Notes: generated by a model from the letters alone, not told the origin. Shown: positions 9,493 through 19,319, counted from the stretch's first letter. The stretch: 64,000 nt of DNA from Meiothermus sp. (GCA_033762915.1 JANRLD010000026.1:62633-126632), one strand, 5' to 3'. Made by a program: numbers and translations.

Positions 9493-12400
9493 TCAGGGCT
9501 CCCGGTAGAAGGCCTGGGCCTGCAGCCGGTAGGCGCGCAGCCCTGGGGCGACGAAGGGCCGGGTGTCGGCGGGGATGCCGGGCACCATGCGCTCCAGCAG
9601 GTTGGGGCTCTCCTCGGGCTCGCGCAAGAATTGCAGCACCCGGTAGCCCGGCGGCAGGGCGGCGTCGATGCGGTCCTCGCGGCGCTCGCGCGGGGGCACC
9701 GCCTCGGCCAGGTAGCGCTCGCCCACCCAGGCCAGGCCCTGGGCGTCGTAGAGCGAGAGCAGGACCTGGGGAATGGTGGCCTCCTGCGAACCCAGGTTGT
9801 CGACCATCAGGCGCAGCCCCGAACCCTCCCGCCGGCTCCAGATTGCCAGATTGCGCTGGAGCTCTCGAGCGCTCACCACTGCCTTGATCGCCACCTCGAA
9901 GTCGCGGACGGCTGCCGGGTCGGGCGGCGCACTCACCCCGTCGAAGTCGATGCGGAAGGGGGTTCGCTCGCCTGGCAGCAGCTTGTGCACGATCAGGTCG
10001 CGGGCGTTGTTGCGGGTTTTCTCGGTCCCGCCGGCGTCGCGCAGGACCCCAGTGAGGGTCAGGTCGGCGGGCCGGGCGTCGACGTTCTCCACCTCGCCCA
10101 CGATGGCCAACTGGGCGGGCTGCTCCGGCCCTTCACGGCCGTGGCGCACCAGCCGGGCCGAGCGCAGGCGGATCACCGGCCGGTCCAGCACGTCCCCGGC
10201 CGCGCTGACCTGGGTGGTCAGGCGGCGCTGGGCCCGGAAGTACTCCACCCCCGGCTGGCTGGCGAAGCGCTCCGGCGGGCGGACGCGCCGCAGGGGACGG
10301 GCCTGAATACGCCAGCCCTGGGCGGTGCGCTCGACCAGGTGCTCCTGGGTCTCGAGGGTGTTCTGCAGGGCCCCCATCCACTCCAGGCGCACCTGTACCA
10401 GGGCCTGATCGCCCACCTTGGGGGCCGCGGCGTCGCCCTGGTAGGCCAGGATCTGGGTCCGGATGTTTTCCAGCTTGGAGTAGCCGGTGCGCAGCCCCCC
10501 CTGCACGCTCAGGTCGAGCCGCCAGCGCTCCTCGTTCAGGCCGTCCAGGGGTGCGATCCACCGCCAGGCCCGGTCGAAGCGCTTGAAGTCGAGGTGGTCC
10601 CAGTACTGGATCACCGCCCACTCCGGGGTGTCGGGGGGCTGCAGGCTGCGCAGCCCGCCCCACACCCCCAAACCCAGGCAGGCCACCAGCAGGCCGGAGG
10701 CCAGTAGCCGCAGCCACATCGGCTGGCGCACCGCCCGGAGGTGCCGGCGGGCGGCCCCGGCCAGGCGCAGCCAGGGCTGCCAGGGGCTGGCGGGCCCTGC
10801 GGGCTGGGCGTCCTCGGCCAGCAGGCGGCGGACCCTGCCGGGGATCAGCGGGAGCCGGGGCGAGGCGAAGGGCAGCAGCAGCAGACTCAGGTAGGCCAGT
10901 ACCGGAAGGGTGATCGGGAGGATTCCCCACATCAGCCGCTGCCAGGTGGGCAGGCTGCGCCTCGGCAGGCGCTCGGGCAGCGGGGGGATGTCCTCGCGCT
11001 CCCAGACCATGATCCCGTTCTCCAAGCGCCCCAGCCGGTGCCAGCCGTAGAAGTGCAGTAGGGGGTCGTAGAAGGCGTCGTTAGAGTAGATGAACTTAAG
11101 GTTGTACTTCTCGGGCCGGCTGAGGAACTGCTGGAGGCTGCCGATGCCCGGAACGCCGGTGTACTTGGCCCCCTCGAGGCGTTCGACGGGGGTGGTGGTG
11201 AGCTCGGGGAGCCGGCGGGCCGAGTGGTAGTTGCCGTCGGGGGTGGTGGCGCGGGTGTTGGCCGAGAGCCAGGCCATCTGGTCGCCGAAGCCCAGGGTCA
11301 AGTAGCGGTAGCGCCAGTGCTCGTCCTTCTCGATGAAGCTCAGGATAGGGCCGATGTCGATGGTGGGAGGCTGGAACTTGCGGTAGCGGGTCAGGGTGGA
11401 GATGGCGATGGAGCAGCCCACCAGGCTGACCAGCCCCAGCACCAGCATCCCCAGGCGCACCCGGTTGCCCAGGTTGGCCTTCAGCCACAGCCCCAGCCTC
11501 CCCCCCCCGGTGGCGCTGTGCAGGGCCAGCCCGGCGAAGGGCAGGATCAGGATGGTGGCCCAGAAGGTGAATCGGTCCAGGGTCAGGATGTCGAAGGCCC
11601 CCCGCAGCAGCATCTTGGGGATGGGGGTGGTGCCGCCGGTGCCCAGCAAGAACAACAGGCCCAGGCTGGCCCCGATGGGCCACAGGCGCGACATGCTCTT
11701 GTACAGCGCGTAGGGCAAGAACCAGACCGTGCTGGCCCAGGGGATCAGCCAGAACATCAGGCCCATGTTGGTTTCCTGCAGGAAGTTGGCCCGGCTGCCG
11801 TGGGGGATCGGCACCTGGGCGATGGGGTCGGAGCGGCTCCACAGCCAGTAGGGCAGCACCACCAGCACCAGGGCCATCACCGCCACCACGCCGAACACCC
11901 CGGTGCGGTAGAGCCGGGGCAGCACCCGGTAGACCCGCCGGCGCAGCATGGCCCAGTGCCCCTCGCCGCCAGGCTCGCCGGGCCGCGGCATCCGCAGGGC
12001 CTCCAGCAGCAGCATGGCGATGACCGGCCCAATGAAAAAGACCGAGCCGAACAGGGTAGTGACGTGGTGGGCGGCGGTAGTTGAGCCCACCCAGACGGCC
12101 GCCTTGAGCAAGTAGCCCCACCGCCCGGTGCGCAAATAGGCCCAGACCCAGGGGATCGCGTTGAGCAGAAAGCCCAGCGAGAGGGTGGTGGGCAGTTGCC
12201 CGAAGACATGTACGGTCTCGGCGATCGAGCTCGAGAGCACCAGCAGCAGCGCCGCGAAGCCCGCCGCCCGGGGTGGCACCAGCAGCCTCGAGAAGCGGTA
12301 GATCCCCACGGTTAGCTGGAGCAGCGCCCACAACTGGACCGGCGCGAAGGCGTACTCCAGCCCCACCGCCTTGGAGCTGAGGGCGATCAGGAAGTGCGAC

Positions 12401-12660
12401 AGCGGGGGGTAGGAGACCAGCGAAAAGCCGGTGTACCAGCGTGGCTCCCAGGGATCGAACCAGCTCTGGGCGTAGTGGGCCCCGAAGAAGGTGTGGATCA
12501 GCGCGTCGTAGGTGCGGAAGTACTGCAGGTTGAACAGCTGGGTGCCGTGGTAGAGCAACACCAGCAGCAGCGCCACCCCCAGCAGCACCAGCCCCTCGCG
12601 CTCGGCCTGCCAGACTTCACCCAGGGAGACGCGGATAGGGGTGCGGCGAGCGGCTGCCAT
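9493..12660 (-). CDS. Large polytopic membrane protein, putative GT-C-fold glycosyltransferase with extracytoplasmic C-terminal domains
   Basis: Many TM segments. First loop TYDALIH...WEPRWYTGFSLVSYPPL resembles PTPS-related/GT-C membrane proteins. C-terminal IVGEVEN...LLPGERTPF resembles FxLYD-type Ig domains. Confidence 0.7.
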   Translation of the reverse strand: MAAARRTPIRVSLGEVWQAEREGLVLLGVALLLVLLYHGTQLFNLQYFRTYDALIHTFFGAHYAQSWFDPWEPRWYTGFSLVSYPPLSHFLIALSSKAVGLEYAFAPVQLWALLQLTVGIYRFSRLLVPPRAAGFAALLLVLSSSIAETVHVFGQLPTTLSLGFLLNAIPWVWAYLRTGRWGYLLKAAVWVGSTTAAHHVTTLFGSVFFIGPVIAMLLLEALRMPRPGEPGGEGHWAMLRRRVYRVLPRLYRTGVFGVVAVMALVLVVLPYWLWSRSDPIAQVPIPHGSRANFLQETNMGLMFWLIPWASTVWFLPYALYKSMSRLWPIGASLGLLFLLGTGGTTPIPKMLLRGAFDILTLDRFTFWATILILPFAGLALHSATGGGRLGLWLKANLGNRVRLGMLVLGLVSLVGCSIAISTLTRYRKFQPPTIDIGPILSFIEKDEHWRYRYLTLGFGDQMAWLSANTRATTPDGNYHSARRLPELTTTPVERLEGAKYTGVPGIGSLQQFLSRPEKYNLKFIYSNDAFYDPLLHFYGWHRLGRLENGIMVWEREDIPPLPERLPRRSLPTWQRLMWGILPITLPVLAYLSLLLLPFASPRLPLIPGRVRRLLAEDAQPAGPASPWQPWLRLAGAARRHLRAVRQPMWLRLLASGLLVACLGLGVWGGLRSLQPPDTPEWAVIQYWDHLDFKRFDRAWRWIAPLDGLNEERWRLDLSVQGGLRTGYSKLENIRTQILAYQGDAAAPKVGDQALVQVRLEWMGALQNTLETQEHLVERTAQGWRIQARPLRRVRPPERFASQPGVEYFRAQRRLTTQVSAAGDVLDRPVIRLRSARLVRHGREGPEQPAQLAIVGEVENVDARPADLTLTGVLRDAGGTEKTRNNARDLIVHKLLPGERTPFRIDFDGVSAPPDPAAVRDFEVAIKAVVSARELQRNLAIWSRREGSGLRLMVDNLGSQEATIPQVLLSLYDAQGLAWVGERYLAEAVPPRERREDRIDAALPPGYRVLQFLREPEESPNLLERMVPGIPADTRPFVAPGLRAYRLQAQAFYREP

Positions 12661-12675
12661 GCGCGGCCCGGCGGC

Positions 12676-13047
12676 CTACTGCGGGGTCAGCGCCCTGTGG
12701 CTGAGCAGGCGCTCCACTTCCCGCAGCAGTTCTTCGCGCGAGAAGGGCTTGGTCAGGAAGGCGTCGGCGCCCTGCTGCCGGGCCTGGTGCTCGTACTGCT
12801 CCTCGCCACTGGCGGTCAGCACCATCACCGGCATCTGCGACTGCTGGCGGATGTGGCGGATCAGCTCGAACCCGTCAACCCCGGGCATCACCAGGTCGGT
12901 CACGACCAGCCGGATTTGGGGGTTCTGGGCCAGCAGCCCCATGGCTTCCTGGCCGTTGTCGGCAACCACCACCGCGTAGTGCGCCCGCTGTAGCACCAGG
13001 CGCAGCACGTGGCGGATGTGTGGCTCGTCATCTACGGCCAAGATCAC
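12676..13047 (-). CDS. Single-domain response regulator (REC)
   Basis: AVDDE, TDLVMPGVDG, LTA, FLTKPF; 123 aa. Confidence 0.93.
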   Translation of the reverse strand: MILAVDDEPHIRHVLRLVLQRAHYAVVVADNGQEAMGLLAQNPQIRLVVTDLVMPGVDGFELIRHIRQQSQMPVMVLTASGEEQYEHQARQQGADAFLTKPFSREELLREVERLLSHRALTPQ

Positions 13048-13049
13048 GG

Positions 13050-13358
13050 CTATCCTTCCACGATCCCGATGACCCGGTCGAGGAGGGTCAGCTCCAGGAC
13101 CCGCCGCACCGCCTCGCTGGGGGCCTCGACCTTGAGCGACCCGCCCTCGGCCTTGGACTGCTTAAGACCCGAGACCATGGCGGCCAGGCCAGCCGAGTCC
13201 ATAAACTCGATCTGGCTCATCTCCAGCAAGAAGTCTTTGACCCCCTGGTTGCGGGACTCGAGCAGGATCAGGCGAAGTTTGGGGGCCGTCTCAACGTCCA
13301 AGCGGCCCTGGAGTACTAGACGGGCTTGCGTGTTGGTGAGCATCTCTACGTTCATCAC
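13050..13358 (-). CDS. STAS-domain anti-sigma factor antagonist (RsbV/SpoIIAA-like)
   Basis: LQGRLD and FMDSAGL phosphorylatable-Ser motif. Confidence 0.92.
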   Translation of the reverse strand: MMNVEMLTNTQARLVLQGRLDVETAPKLRLILLESRNQGVKDFLLEMSQIEFMDSAGLAAMVSGLKQSKAEGGSLKVEAPSEAVRRVLELTLLDRVIGIVEG

Positions 13359-13717
13359 TTTTCCACCTCGCCGAAACGGGCCCTTATGCAGTTCCAGCCT
13401 CTCCTTCTACAGTAGCGCAGATTCCGAAAAACCTTGTGGATAATGGCCACCCCATAGCCGCCTTCGCGCAGCTCGCCCATTGGCCGGGGGAGGGCCTCGA
13501 GGGGGTTGAAGCCCTGCCCGTTGTCGTACACCCAGAGCTGGCCGGAGGCCGGGTCGACGCGTACCCGGATGCACCGGGCCCCGCCGTGCAAGATGGCGTT
13601 GGTGACCAGCTCGGTGACCCCCAGCTCGACCAGCGGGCCCAGCCCGTGCTGCTGAACAAACTCCCCCAGCGCCTCGAGCTCGGCGGTGCGGGCGGGGAAG
13701 GTGTGCTTGGCCGTCAC
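13355..13717 (-). CDS. Anti-sigma factor Ser/Thr kinase (RsbW/SpoIIAB-like HATPase)
   Basis: C-terminal part of ORF 13355..14518, with GTG 13717 overlapping the PP2C stop. ELVTNAILHG, DNGQGF and EGGYG boxes. Confidence 0.88.
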   Translation of the reverse strand: MTAKHTFPARTAELEALGEFVQQHGLGPLVELGVTELVTNAILHGGARCIRVRVDPASGQLWVYDNGQGFNPLEALPRPMGELREGGYGVAIIHKVFRNLRYCRRRGWNCIRARFGEVEK

Positions 13718-14835
13718 GCCGTCCCCCTGAACTCGTAGAGCTGGAGGCTTAGGTCGTCGACGATGCTGAAGCCCGATAGGTCGCGCTCGAGGGTCAGCAG
13801 GAACTCCTGGGGCCGGGGGTGCTGCGCTAACAGTCCGGCCACCCGTTCCAGCCCGTACAGCCCCTGCTCGCCCTCGGCCTCGATCAGCCCGTCGCTGTAG
13901 ACCAGCAGCAACTCGCCGGGCTCGAGGCGCAGCCAGTTCAGGTCGTGGTTGGCCGGGGGAAACAGCCCCAGCGGTGGGGCCGAGGCCCTGAAGCGCTCGA
14001 TCAAGCCATCGCGACGGCGCAGCAGCAGGGGAGGGTGGCCGAAGCTGAACCAACCCACCCGCCCCTCGGGGTGCAGGTGCAGCAGGGCCAGCGTGGCGAA
14101 GACCTCGCTGCGCTCGAGGGCCGGCGTGGCCGAGGCCACCATCGCGGCCACCGGGTCGGACTGCGAGAGGATCAGCGGCATCAGGCCGGTCAGAAGCCCG
14201 CTGTGCATTGCCGCTGGCAGACCCTTGCCGCTGATGTCGCCCAGCACCCGCCAGGCCCCGTGGGCGGTCTGGAAGTCGCCCCCCACCTCGCGTGCGGGCT
14301 GGAACAGGCTGTACAGCCCGTAGCCCTCGGGCGCGGGCACCTCGGCGGGCACCAGGGTGCGCCAGATTTCCCCGGCTAGCTGGCGCTCGTACTCCTGGAG
14401 TCGCAGGCGCTCGCGCAGGGCCTGGGCCTCGAGGTTCTCCCAGGCCGCTCCCACCATCTGGGCCAGCGCGTCGGCGATCCGCGCGTCGTAGGCGTTGAGG
14501 CCGGCCTCCTTGCCCCACAGCGCGATCCAGCCCCGCCCGAAGGGTAGGCCATGCAGGCCCTGCCCCCGCTCGCGGAAGCGTCGCTCGGGCGCAGGGTAGC
14601 GGGCCAGCCAGCCGGGCACGTCCCCCCGCCAGGCGCCGTCGGCGAAGAGCGCGATACCTCGGCAGCCCAGCTCCCCCGCCGCCTCGCCCAGCAGCTCCAG
14701 CAGGTCCGAGACGGAGGACAGGCGGGCCGTGCGTACCATCAGCCGCTCGAGAAAGACCGACCGGTCGTAGCAGTCGGCCAGGGCCTCGGCGGTGGCCTCG
14801 AGGTCGTGCTCGAGCTGCTGGGGCGGGAGGCTCAT
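13714..14835 (-). CDS. PP2C/SpoIIE-family (RsbU-like) protein phosphatase
   Basis: EVGGDF, GDISGKG, GHPP, YSDGL and DDLS metal-binding motifs. Confidence 0.92.
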   Translation of the reverse strand: MSLPPQQLEHDLEATAEALADCYDRSVFLERLMVRTARLSSVSDLLELLGEAAGELGCRGIALFADGAWRGDVPGWLARYPAPERRFRERGQGLHGLPFGRGWIALWGKEAGLNAYDARIADALAQMVGAAWENLEAQALRERLRLQEYERQLAGEIWRTLVPAEVPAPEGYGLYSLFQPAREVGGDFQTAHGAWRVLGDISGKGLPAAMHSGLLTGLMPLILSQSDPVAAMVASATPALERSEVFATLALLHLHPEGRVGWFSFGHPPLLLRRRDGLIERFRASAPPLGLFPPANHDLNWLRLEPGELLLVYSDGLIEAEGEQGLYGLERVAGLLAQHPRPQEFLLTLERDLSGFSIVDDLSLQLYEFRGTA

Positions 14836-15125
14836 CGCTCGATGGGCAGGATGTCGTACAGCCCGACCATCTCCAGGATCAGGCGCACGGGGTCTTGTAG
14901 GTTGCGCAGCTTCAGGCCGATCTTCGACTCGCGCGCGCGCTTGTTGACCCCTACCAGGAAGGCCAGCCCGGTCGAGTCGATGAAATTGACCCCCGCCAGG
15001 TCCAGCACGATGCCAGGCGGCACGACCTCGATGAGGGACTTCAGGGCGGGGACTTGGTGGGCGTCCAGGCGGCCCTGCATCTTATAAACCGTCGTGCCCT
15101 GGTCCTCGTACCGTTCAACTTGCAT
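14832..15125 (-). CDS. Second STAS-domain anti-sigma factor antagonist
   Basis: MQGRLD and FIDSTGL motif. Confidence 0.92.
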   Translation of the reverse strand: MQVERYEDQGTTVYKMQGRLDAHQVPALKSLIEVVPPGIVLDLAGVNFIDSTGLAFLVGVNKRARESKIGLKLRNLQDPVRLILEMVGLYDILPIER

Positions 15126-16269
15126 GTTTCCTCCCTAAGCGCTCGAGGTGTAGCAGATACCAGTCCGCCACGTCCTCCAGCAGCACCCCAACCGAGGCGC
15201 GATAGTTGTTAAGCCCCATCTGCCAGGCCCGCTCCGGGTCAGCGAGCAGGCGGTCCAACGCCCCGGCCAGGCTGGCCGCGTCGCCGGGGTGGAAGAATTC
15301 GGCCTGGTAGCCCTCGGCCTCGACCAGCTCGGCCAGATCGCCGATGCGCGGCATCACCGCCGGGCGGGCGAACTGCCCGGCCTGGTGCAGCACGCCCGAG
15401 GAGCCGGTGGTGGCGGTATAGGGGAAGGCCACCAGGTAGGCTTCGGTGAACACCCGGGCCACCTCTTCCTCGGGCACGTAGCCGGTGTAGCTGACCCCGG
15501 GGATCTCCCCGTAGACCGCCCTTAGGCCCTCGAGGTAGCCCGGGGCGTTGGGCGAGTTGGTGCCCGCCACCACCAGCTCTGCGGCCGGGTCGCGGGCCAC
15601 CACCATCTGATGGGCCTCCAGCAGGGTCTCCAGGCGCTTGTAGGTGCCAAACTTCCCGAAGGCCAGCACCCGCTTCGCGGCCGGCAGAGGGGGCGGGGGG
15701 CCGGGGTCTTCGAAGGCTCCGTGGGGGGCCAGGAAGGCATTCTTGGCCCGGTACTTCTGGCGCAATATCTCCACGTAGGTGGGCATGGTGGTGGCCACCA
15801 GGTGGCTCCCCAGCAGCAGCCGCGTGAAGGCCTCGCCGCCCAGGCGCAGCACCCGCTCCTTGAGGGGGTTGCCGGCGTAGCCGGCCTGGTTGAGGTCGAC
15901 GGTCTCGAAGAGGTTGTGCAGCAGGGTGATGGTGGGGATGCCCTGCAGGCGGGCCAGGCCCGGCGAGAGCAGCCCCAGGGCCGCGGGCAGGGGCTGGCCG
16001 CCGAAGGTGGCGAACTGCAGGTTGAAGATCACCGCGTCGGGCCGCAGTCGCCTTAGGGTCTGGGTGATCTGGAGGGCGTTGGCGGCGCTGCCGAAGCGCC
16101 AGACCCGGTGGATGTGGTCGGGCTCTTCCACCGGCCGCTCGAGCTGGTCGGCCAGGATCGACAGGCGGCTGACCTCGGGCTTGGCCGCCAGGACCCGCGC
16201 CATGTGGGCCCCGTACTCGACCAGGGTGCCCTGGCTGGGCGGGAAGGGGGTGATGAAGGCCAGATGCAC
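15115..16269 (-). CDS. GT4-family (GT-B) glycosyltransferase
   Basis: FITPFPP, FGKFGTYKRLE, GYVPEEE and FPY...SSGVL motifs. Confidence 0.88.
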   Translation of the reverse strand: MHLAFITPFPPSQGTLVEYGAHMARVLAAKPEVSRLSILADQLERPVEEPDHIHRVWRFGSAANALQITQTLRRLRPDAVIFNLQFATFGGQPLPAALGLLSPGLARLQGIPTITLLHNLFETVDLNQAGYAGNPLKERVLRLGGEAFTRLLLGSHLVATTMPTYVEILRQKYRAKNAFLAPHGAFEDPGPPPPLPAAKRVLAFGKFGTYKRLETLLEAHQMVVARDPAAELVVAGTNSPNAPGYLEGLRAVYGEIPGVSYTGYVPEEEVARVFTEAYLVAFPYTATTGSSGVLHQAGQFARPAVMPRIGDLAELVEAEGYQAEFFHPGDAASLAGALDRLLADPERAWQMGLNNYRASVGVLLEDVADWYLLHLERLGRKHAS

Positions 16270-16272
16270 GCC

Positions 16273-17064
16273 TTACCCCCGGGCCTGGGTCGGGGCCAGT
16301 GGCCCCGGGTTGACGTAGGCGCCTTGCCGGTCCAGCCGCCGGATCTCGAGGATGTCTTTGAGGAAGCGCAGGGAGTCTTTGAAGGGGTCGACCTTCGAGC
16401 CCGGAGCGTCGAACCAGCGCACGGGCACCTCGGCCAGCCGCAGACCCAGCTTGCGGGCCAGGTAGAGCAGCTCCAAGTCGAAGGAAAAGCCCATCATCCG
16501 CTGGCGCGAAAACAGCTCAGTCACGGCGCGACGGGAGAACAGCTTAAAGCCGCACTGGGTGTCCTTGACTGTGACCCCCGACAGCAGCCGGGCCAGGCTG
16601 CGCAGCCCCCAGGAGGCCAGGTGGCGCAGCAGGCTCTTGTTTTCCTCCACCGCGCCCTCGGCGGCCCTCGAGCCCACCACCACGTCGTAGCCGCCCTCGA
16701 GCTGGGCCAGCAGGCGGGGCAGTTCCTCGATGGGGGTGGAGTTGTCGGCGTCGGCAAACAGGACCACCCGCCCGCGGGCCGCCATCACCCCCCGCCGCAC
16801 CGCGCCGCCCTTTCCGGTGTTGGGGTGGCGCAGCAGCCGCAGGTTGCTCCAGCCCAGTTGCTCGACTAACTGGGCGGTCTGGTCCTTGGACCCGTCGTCG
16901 GAGACGATGAGCTCCCAGTCGGCCTCGAAGCCCGAGATCACCACCGCGAAGGCCCCCAGGGTGGGGAGGATCCGCTCGGCCTCGTTGTAGGCCGGGATCA
17001 CCACCGACAGCTTCGGCTCGTCGCAGGTGCGCTCGCGCCAGCGTTCAAAATCAGCGTAAGACAT
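16273..17064 (-). CDS. GT2 polyprenyl/dolichyl-phosphate glycosyltransferase (Dol-P-Glc/Man synthase-like)
   Basis: VVIPAYNE, DDGSKD, GKGGAV, FADAD, DTQCGFKLF, FDLELL. Confidence 0.9.
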   Translation of the reverse strand: MSYADFERWRERTCDEPKLSVVIPAYNEAERILPTLGAFAVVISGFEADWELIVSDDGSKDQTAQLVEQLGWSNLRLLRHPNTGKGGAVRRGVMAARGRVVLFADADNSTPIEELPRLLAQLEGGYDVVVGSRAAEGAVEENKSLLRHLASWGLRSLARLLSGVTVKDTQCGFKLFSRRAVTELFSRQRMMGFSFDLELLYLARKLGLRLAEVPVRWFDAPGSKVDPFKDSLRFLKDILEIRRLDRQGAYVNPGPLAPTQARG

Positions 17065-18253
17065 AGACCCTCCGTTCTCTTAGGTGGGTGAGTATCGCCC
17101 ACCCCCCAACCGCCAGGAAGCAACCTTTGGCGATCATCTGGACCAGGATGAGTTCCATGCCCGAACTGTGCCAGCCCATCATCAGCGCCGCCTGCAGGAC
17201 CCCCGTCCCCAGTGCCCACCAGCCCAGCTGCCCCTTCCCCAGGGCCATGAAGTGGTTGGCGATCACGTTGGCCAGGGCGTACAGGGCCGTCATGGCCGCG
17301 TAGGGGGCCACCAGTGCCGCGGCCTCCAGGTAGTCCCCCCCGAACAGTACCCCCACCACCCAGCGCGGCGCCAGGGCGCAAACCCCCACAAAGCCCACGC
17401 TGACCGTCGCGACGCTCAGCAGGGCCATACCCAGCAGGGGCCAGTGGCTCCGGCCCTCGCTCTGGGCCCGGGCCACCATCGGGAACACTGCGGTCCCCAC
17501 CGCCCAGGAGCCGTAGAACACGATGCGCCCGATCATCGCGACCGCTGCGTAGAGGCCCGCCTCGTGGGGCTCGAGCAGGGCCTTGGCCAGCAGCAGGTCG
17601 GCGTTCAAGATCAGGGCCTGGGCCAGCAGGTTGACCCCCACCGAGGCCGGGTAGCCCGACTCGGGCGTGACCGAGGGGCCAGAGGGCCGCAACTCGCCGC
17701 GCAGCAGCCACAGCGCCACCGCTACCCCGGCCAGGGTCGCGGCCACCGCCGCGCTCGAGCCGCCGAACAGGGCCAGCGCCGGGAAGGTCAGTACGATCTT
17801 GGAGAGGTGCTCGGCCACCATGTTCAGCCCCAGCCGGCCCTGCTGCTCCTTACCCTGTACCTCGCCCCGCGCCGCCCCCAGCAGGGCGTAGACCGGCAGG
17901 AAGACCGCCAGTGCGGCGTACCAGGCCGCCGGCAGCGAGGTCAGGCGCTCGAGGGGGATGCTCAGGGCCAGCAGCCCCAGCCCCAGCCCGGTCCCGACTT
18001 TCAGGGCATGGGCGCGCGTGTAGGCCAGCGCGCCGCCGGCGGCCGTGTAGCGCGCGCCGAGCTGCTGCAGGGTCAGGGGCAGCACGGTCAGCACCAGGAA
18101 GAGCGAGGTGAACGCCGCGTAGCCCCCGTACTCGGCCGGCCCCAGCCACCGCCCCAGGATCAGGGCGTAGCCATAGTTAAGGAGGTTGACCACCACCATC
18201 GCCCCCATCAGCAGGGCGCTGGAGCGCAGGAAGTTGTTACGCGCCGTGCCCAT
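17051..18253 (-). CDS. Oligosaccharide flippase (Wzx/MOP-like)
   Basis: About 12 hydrophobic segments; RWLGPAEYG and DLLLAK...EAGLYAA patterns. Confidence 0.8.
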   Translation of the reverse strand: MGTARNNFLRSSALLMGAMVVVNLLNYGYALILGRWLGPAEYGGYAAFTSLFLVLTVLPLTLQQLGARYTAAGGALAYTRAHALKVGTGLGLGLLALSIPLERLTSLPAAWYAALAVFLPVYALLGAARGEVQGKEQQGRLGLNMVAEHLSKIVLTFPALALFGGSSAAVAATLAGVAVALWLLRGELRPSGPSVTPESGYPASVGVNLLAQALILNADLLLAKALLEPHEAGLYAAVAMIGRIVFYGSWAVGTAVFPMVARAQSEGRSHWPLLGMALLSVATVSVGFVGVCALAPRWVVGVLFGGDYLEAAALVAPYAAMTALYALANVIANHFMALGKGQLGWWALGTGVLQAALMMGWHSSGMELILVQMIAKGCFLAVGGWAILTHLRERRVYVLR

Positions 18254-18257
18254 CGCG

Positions 18258-19319
18258 TCAGAGCAGTCCCACCAGCTGTGGGTCCTTGCGCAGGGCCTCG
18301 AGCACCTTCTTGATCTCCTGGCTGCGCTCCTTCTTGACGATCAATGTGACCGGGCCGTCGCGCACGATCAGCACGTTGTCCAGACCCAGCGTCACGATGA
18401 CCTCGTCGCCGGTGGTGTAGAGGATGGAGCCCTGGGTGTCGATGCTCACGTGCCGGGCCAGGGCCAGGTTGGACTCGGGGGCCCCGCTGCCCAGGAGGCG
18501 CTCGAGGGCGTTCCAATCCCCCAGGTCGTCCCAGCCGAAGTCGGCCGGAATCACGTAGGTCTTGTCGGTGTGCTCCATCACTGCGTAGTCCAGGCTGCGC
18601 TTGGGCAGCTCAGGGTAGGCGTCGCGGCCCCTGGCTTGCAGCAGGCTCAGGATTTCCGGGGCGTAGCGCTCGAACTCGGCTAGCATCACCCCGGCCCGGA
18701 ATACGAAGATGCCCCCGTTCCACCAGTACCCCCCCTCCCTCAGGTAGGCCTCGGCGGTGGCCTGGTTGGGCTTTTCGGCGAAGCGCAGGACCTTGTAGGT
18801 CTCGTACCCGTTGCTCAGGCCGGCCTCGGCGCCCTGCTGGATATAGCCATAGCCGGTCGAGGGGAAGGTCGGCTGGATCCCCAGGGTGACGATGGCCTCG
18901 TGCTCCCGAGCGAAGTCCGCTGCGGCCCCTATGGCGGCGCGGAAGCCGTCCTCGTCGGCGATGTAGTGGTCGGCTGGGAAGATCCCCACCGTGACCTCGG
19001 GGCCGTACATCTGCTGGGCCAGCAGGGTGGCGTAGGCCACGGCGGCCGCGGTGTCGCGCGGCTCCGGCTCAACCAGCAGGTTTTCGGCCGGCAGGGGGGG
19101 CAGGTGCTCTCCGATCCCCTCGAGCAGATTGAAGGTGGTGAGCACCCACAGGTGCTCCCAGCCCCCCACCAGGGGCATCAGCCGGTCGGTGGTGGCCCGG
19201 ATCAGGCTGCGTCCGTCGGGTAGAAGCTTCAGGAACTGCTTGGGCCGATCCAGGCGGGATAGGGGCCAGAAGCGCTCTCCCTTGCCTCCGGCCAGGATAA
19301 TAGGGACAAACCTCGACAT
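18258..19319 (-). CDS. manC: Mannose-1-phosphate guanylyltransferase
   Basis: ILAGGKGERFWPLSR..PKQF, PADH, GYGYI, FAEKP, WNGGIF, SLDYAVME, GWDDLG. Confidence 0.93.
   Translation of the reverse strand: MSRFVPIILAGGKGERFWPLSRLDRPKQFLKLLPDGRSLIRATTDRLMPLVGGWEHLWVLTTFNLLEGIGEHLPPLPAENLLVEPEPRDTAAAVAYATLLAQQMYGPEVTVGIFPADHYIADEDGFRAAIGAAADFAREHEAIVTLGIQPTFPSTGYGYIQQGAEAGLSNGYETYKVLRFAEKPNQATAEAYLREGGYWWNGGIFVFRAGVMLAEFERYAPEILSLLQARGRDAYPELPKRSLDYAVMEHTDKTYVIPADFGWDDLGDWNALERLLGSGAPESNLALARHVSIDTQGSILYTTGDEVIVTLGLDNVLIVRDGPVTLIVKKERSQEIKKVLEALRKDPQLVGLL

Noticed and set aside
13355..14518. Apparent 387-aa ORF suggesting a fusion or frameshift with the PP2C gene
   Set aside because: Only the last 120 codons are protein-like. 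A GTG overlapping the PP2C stop explains it as ordinary translational coupling.
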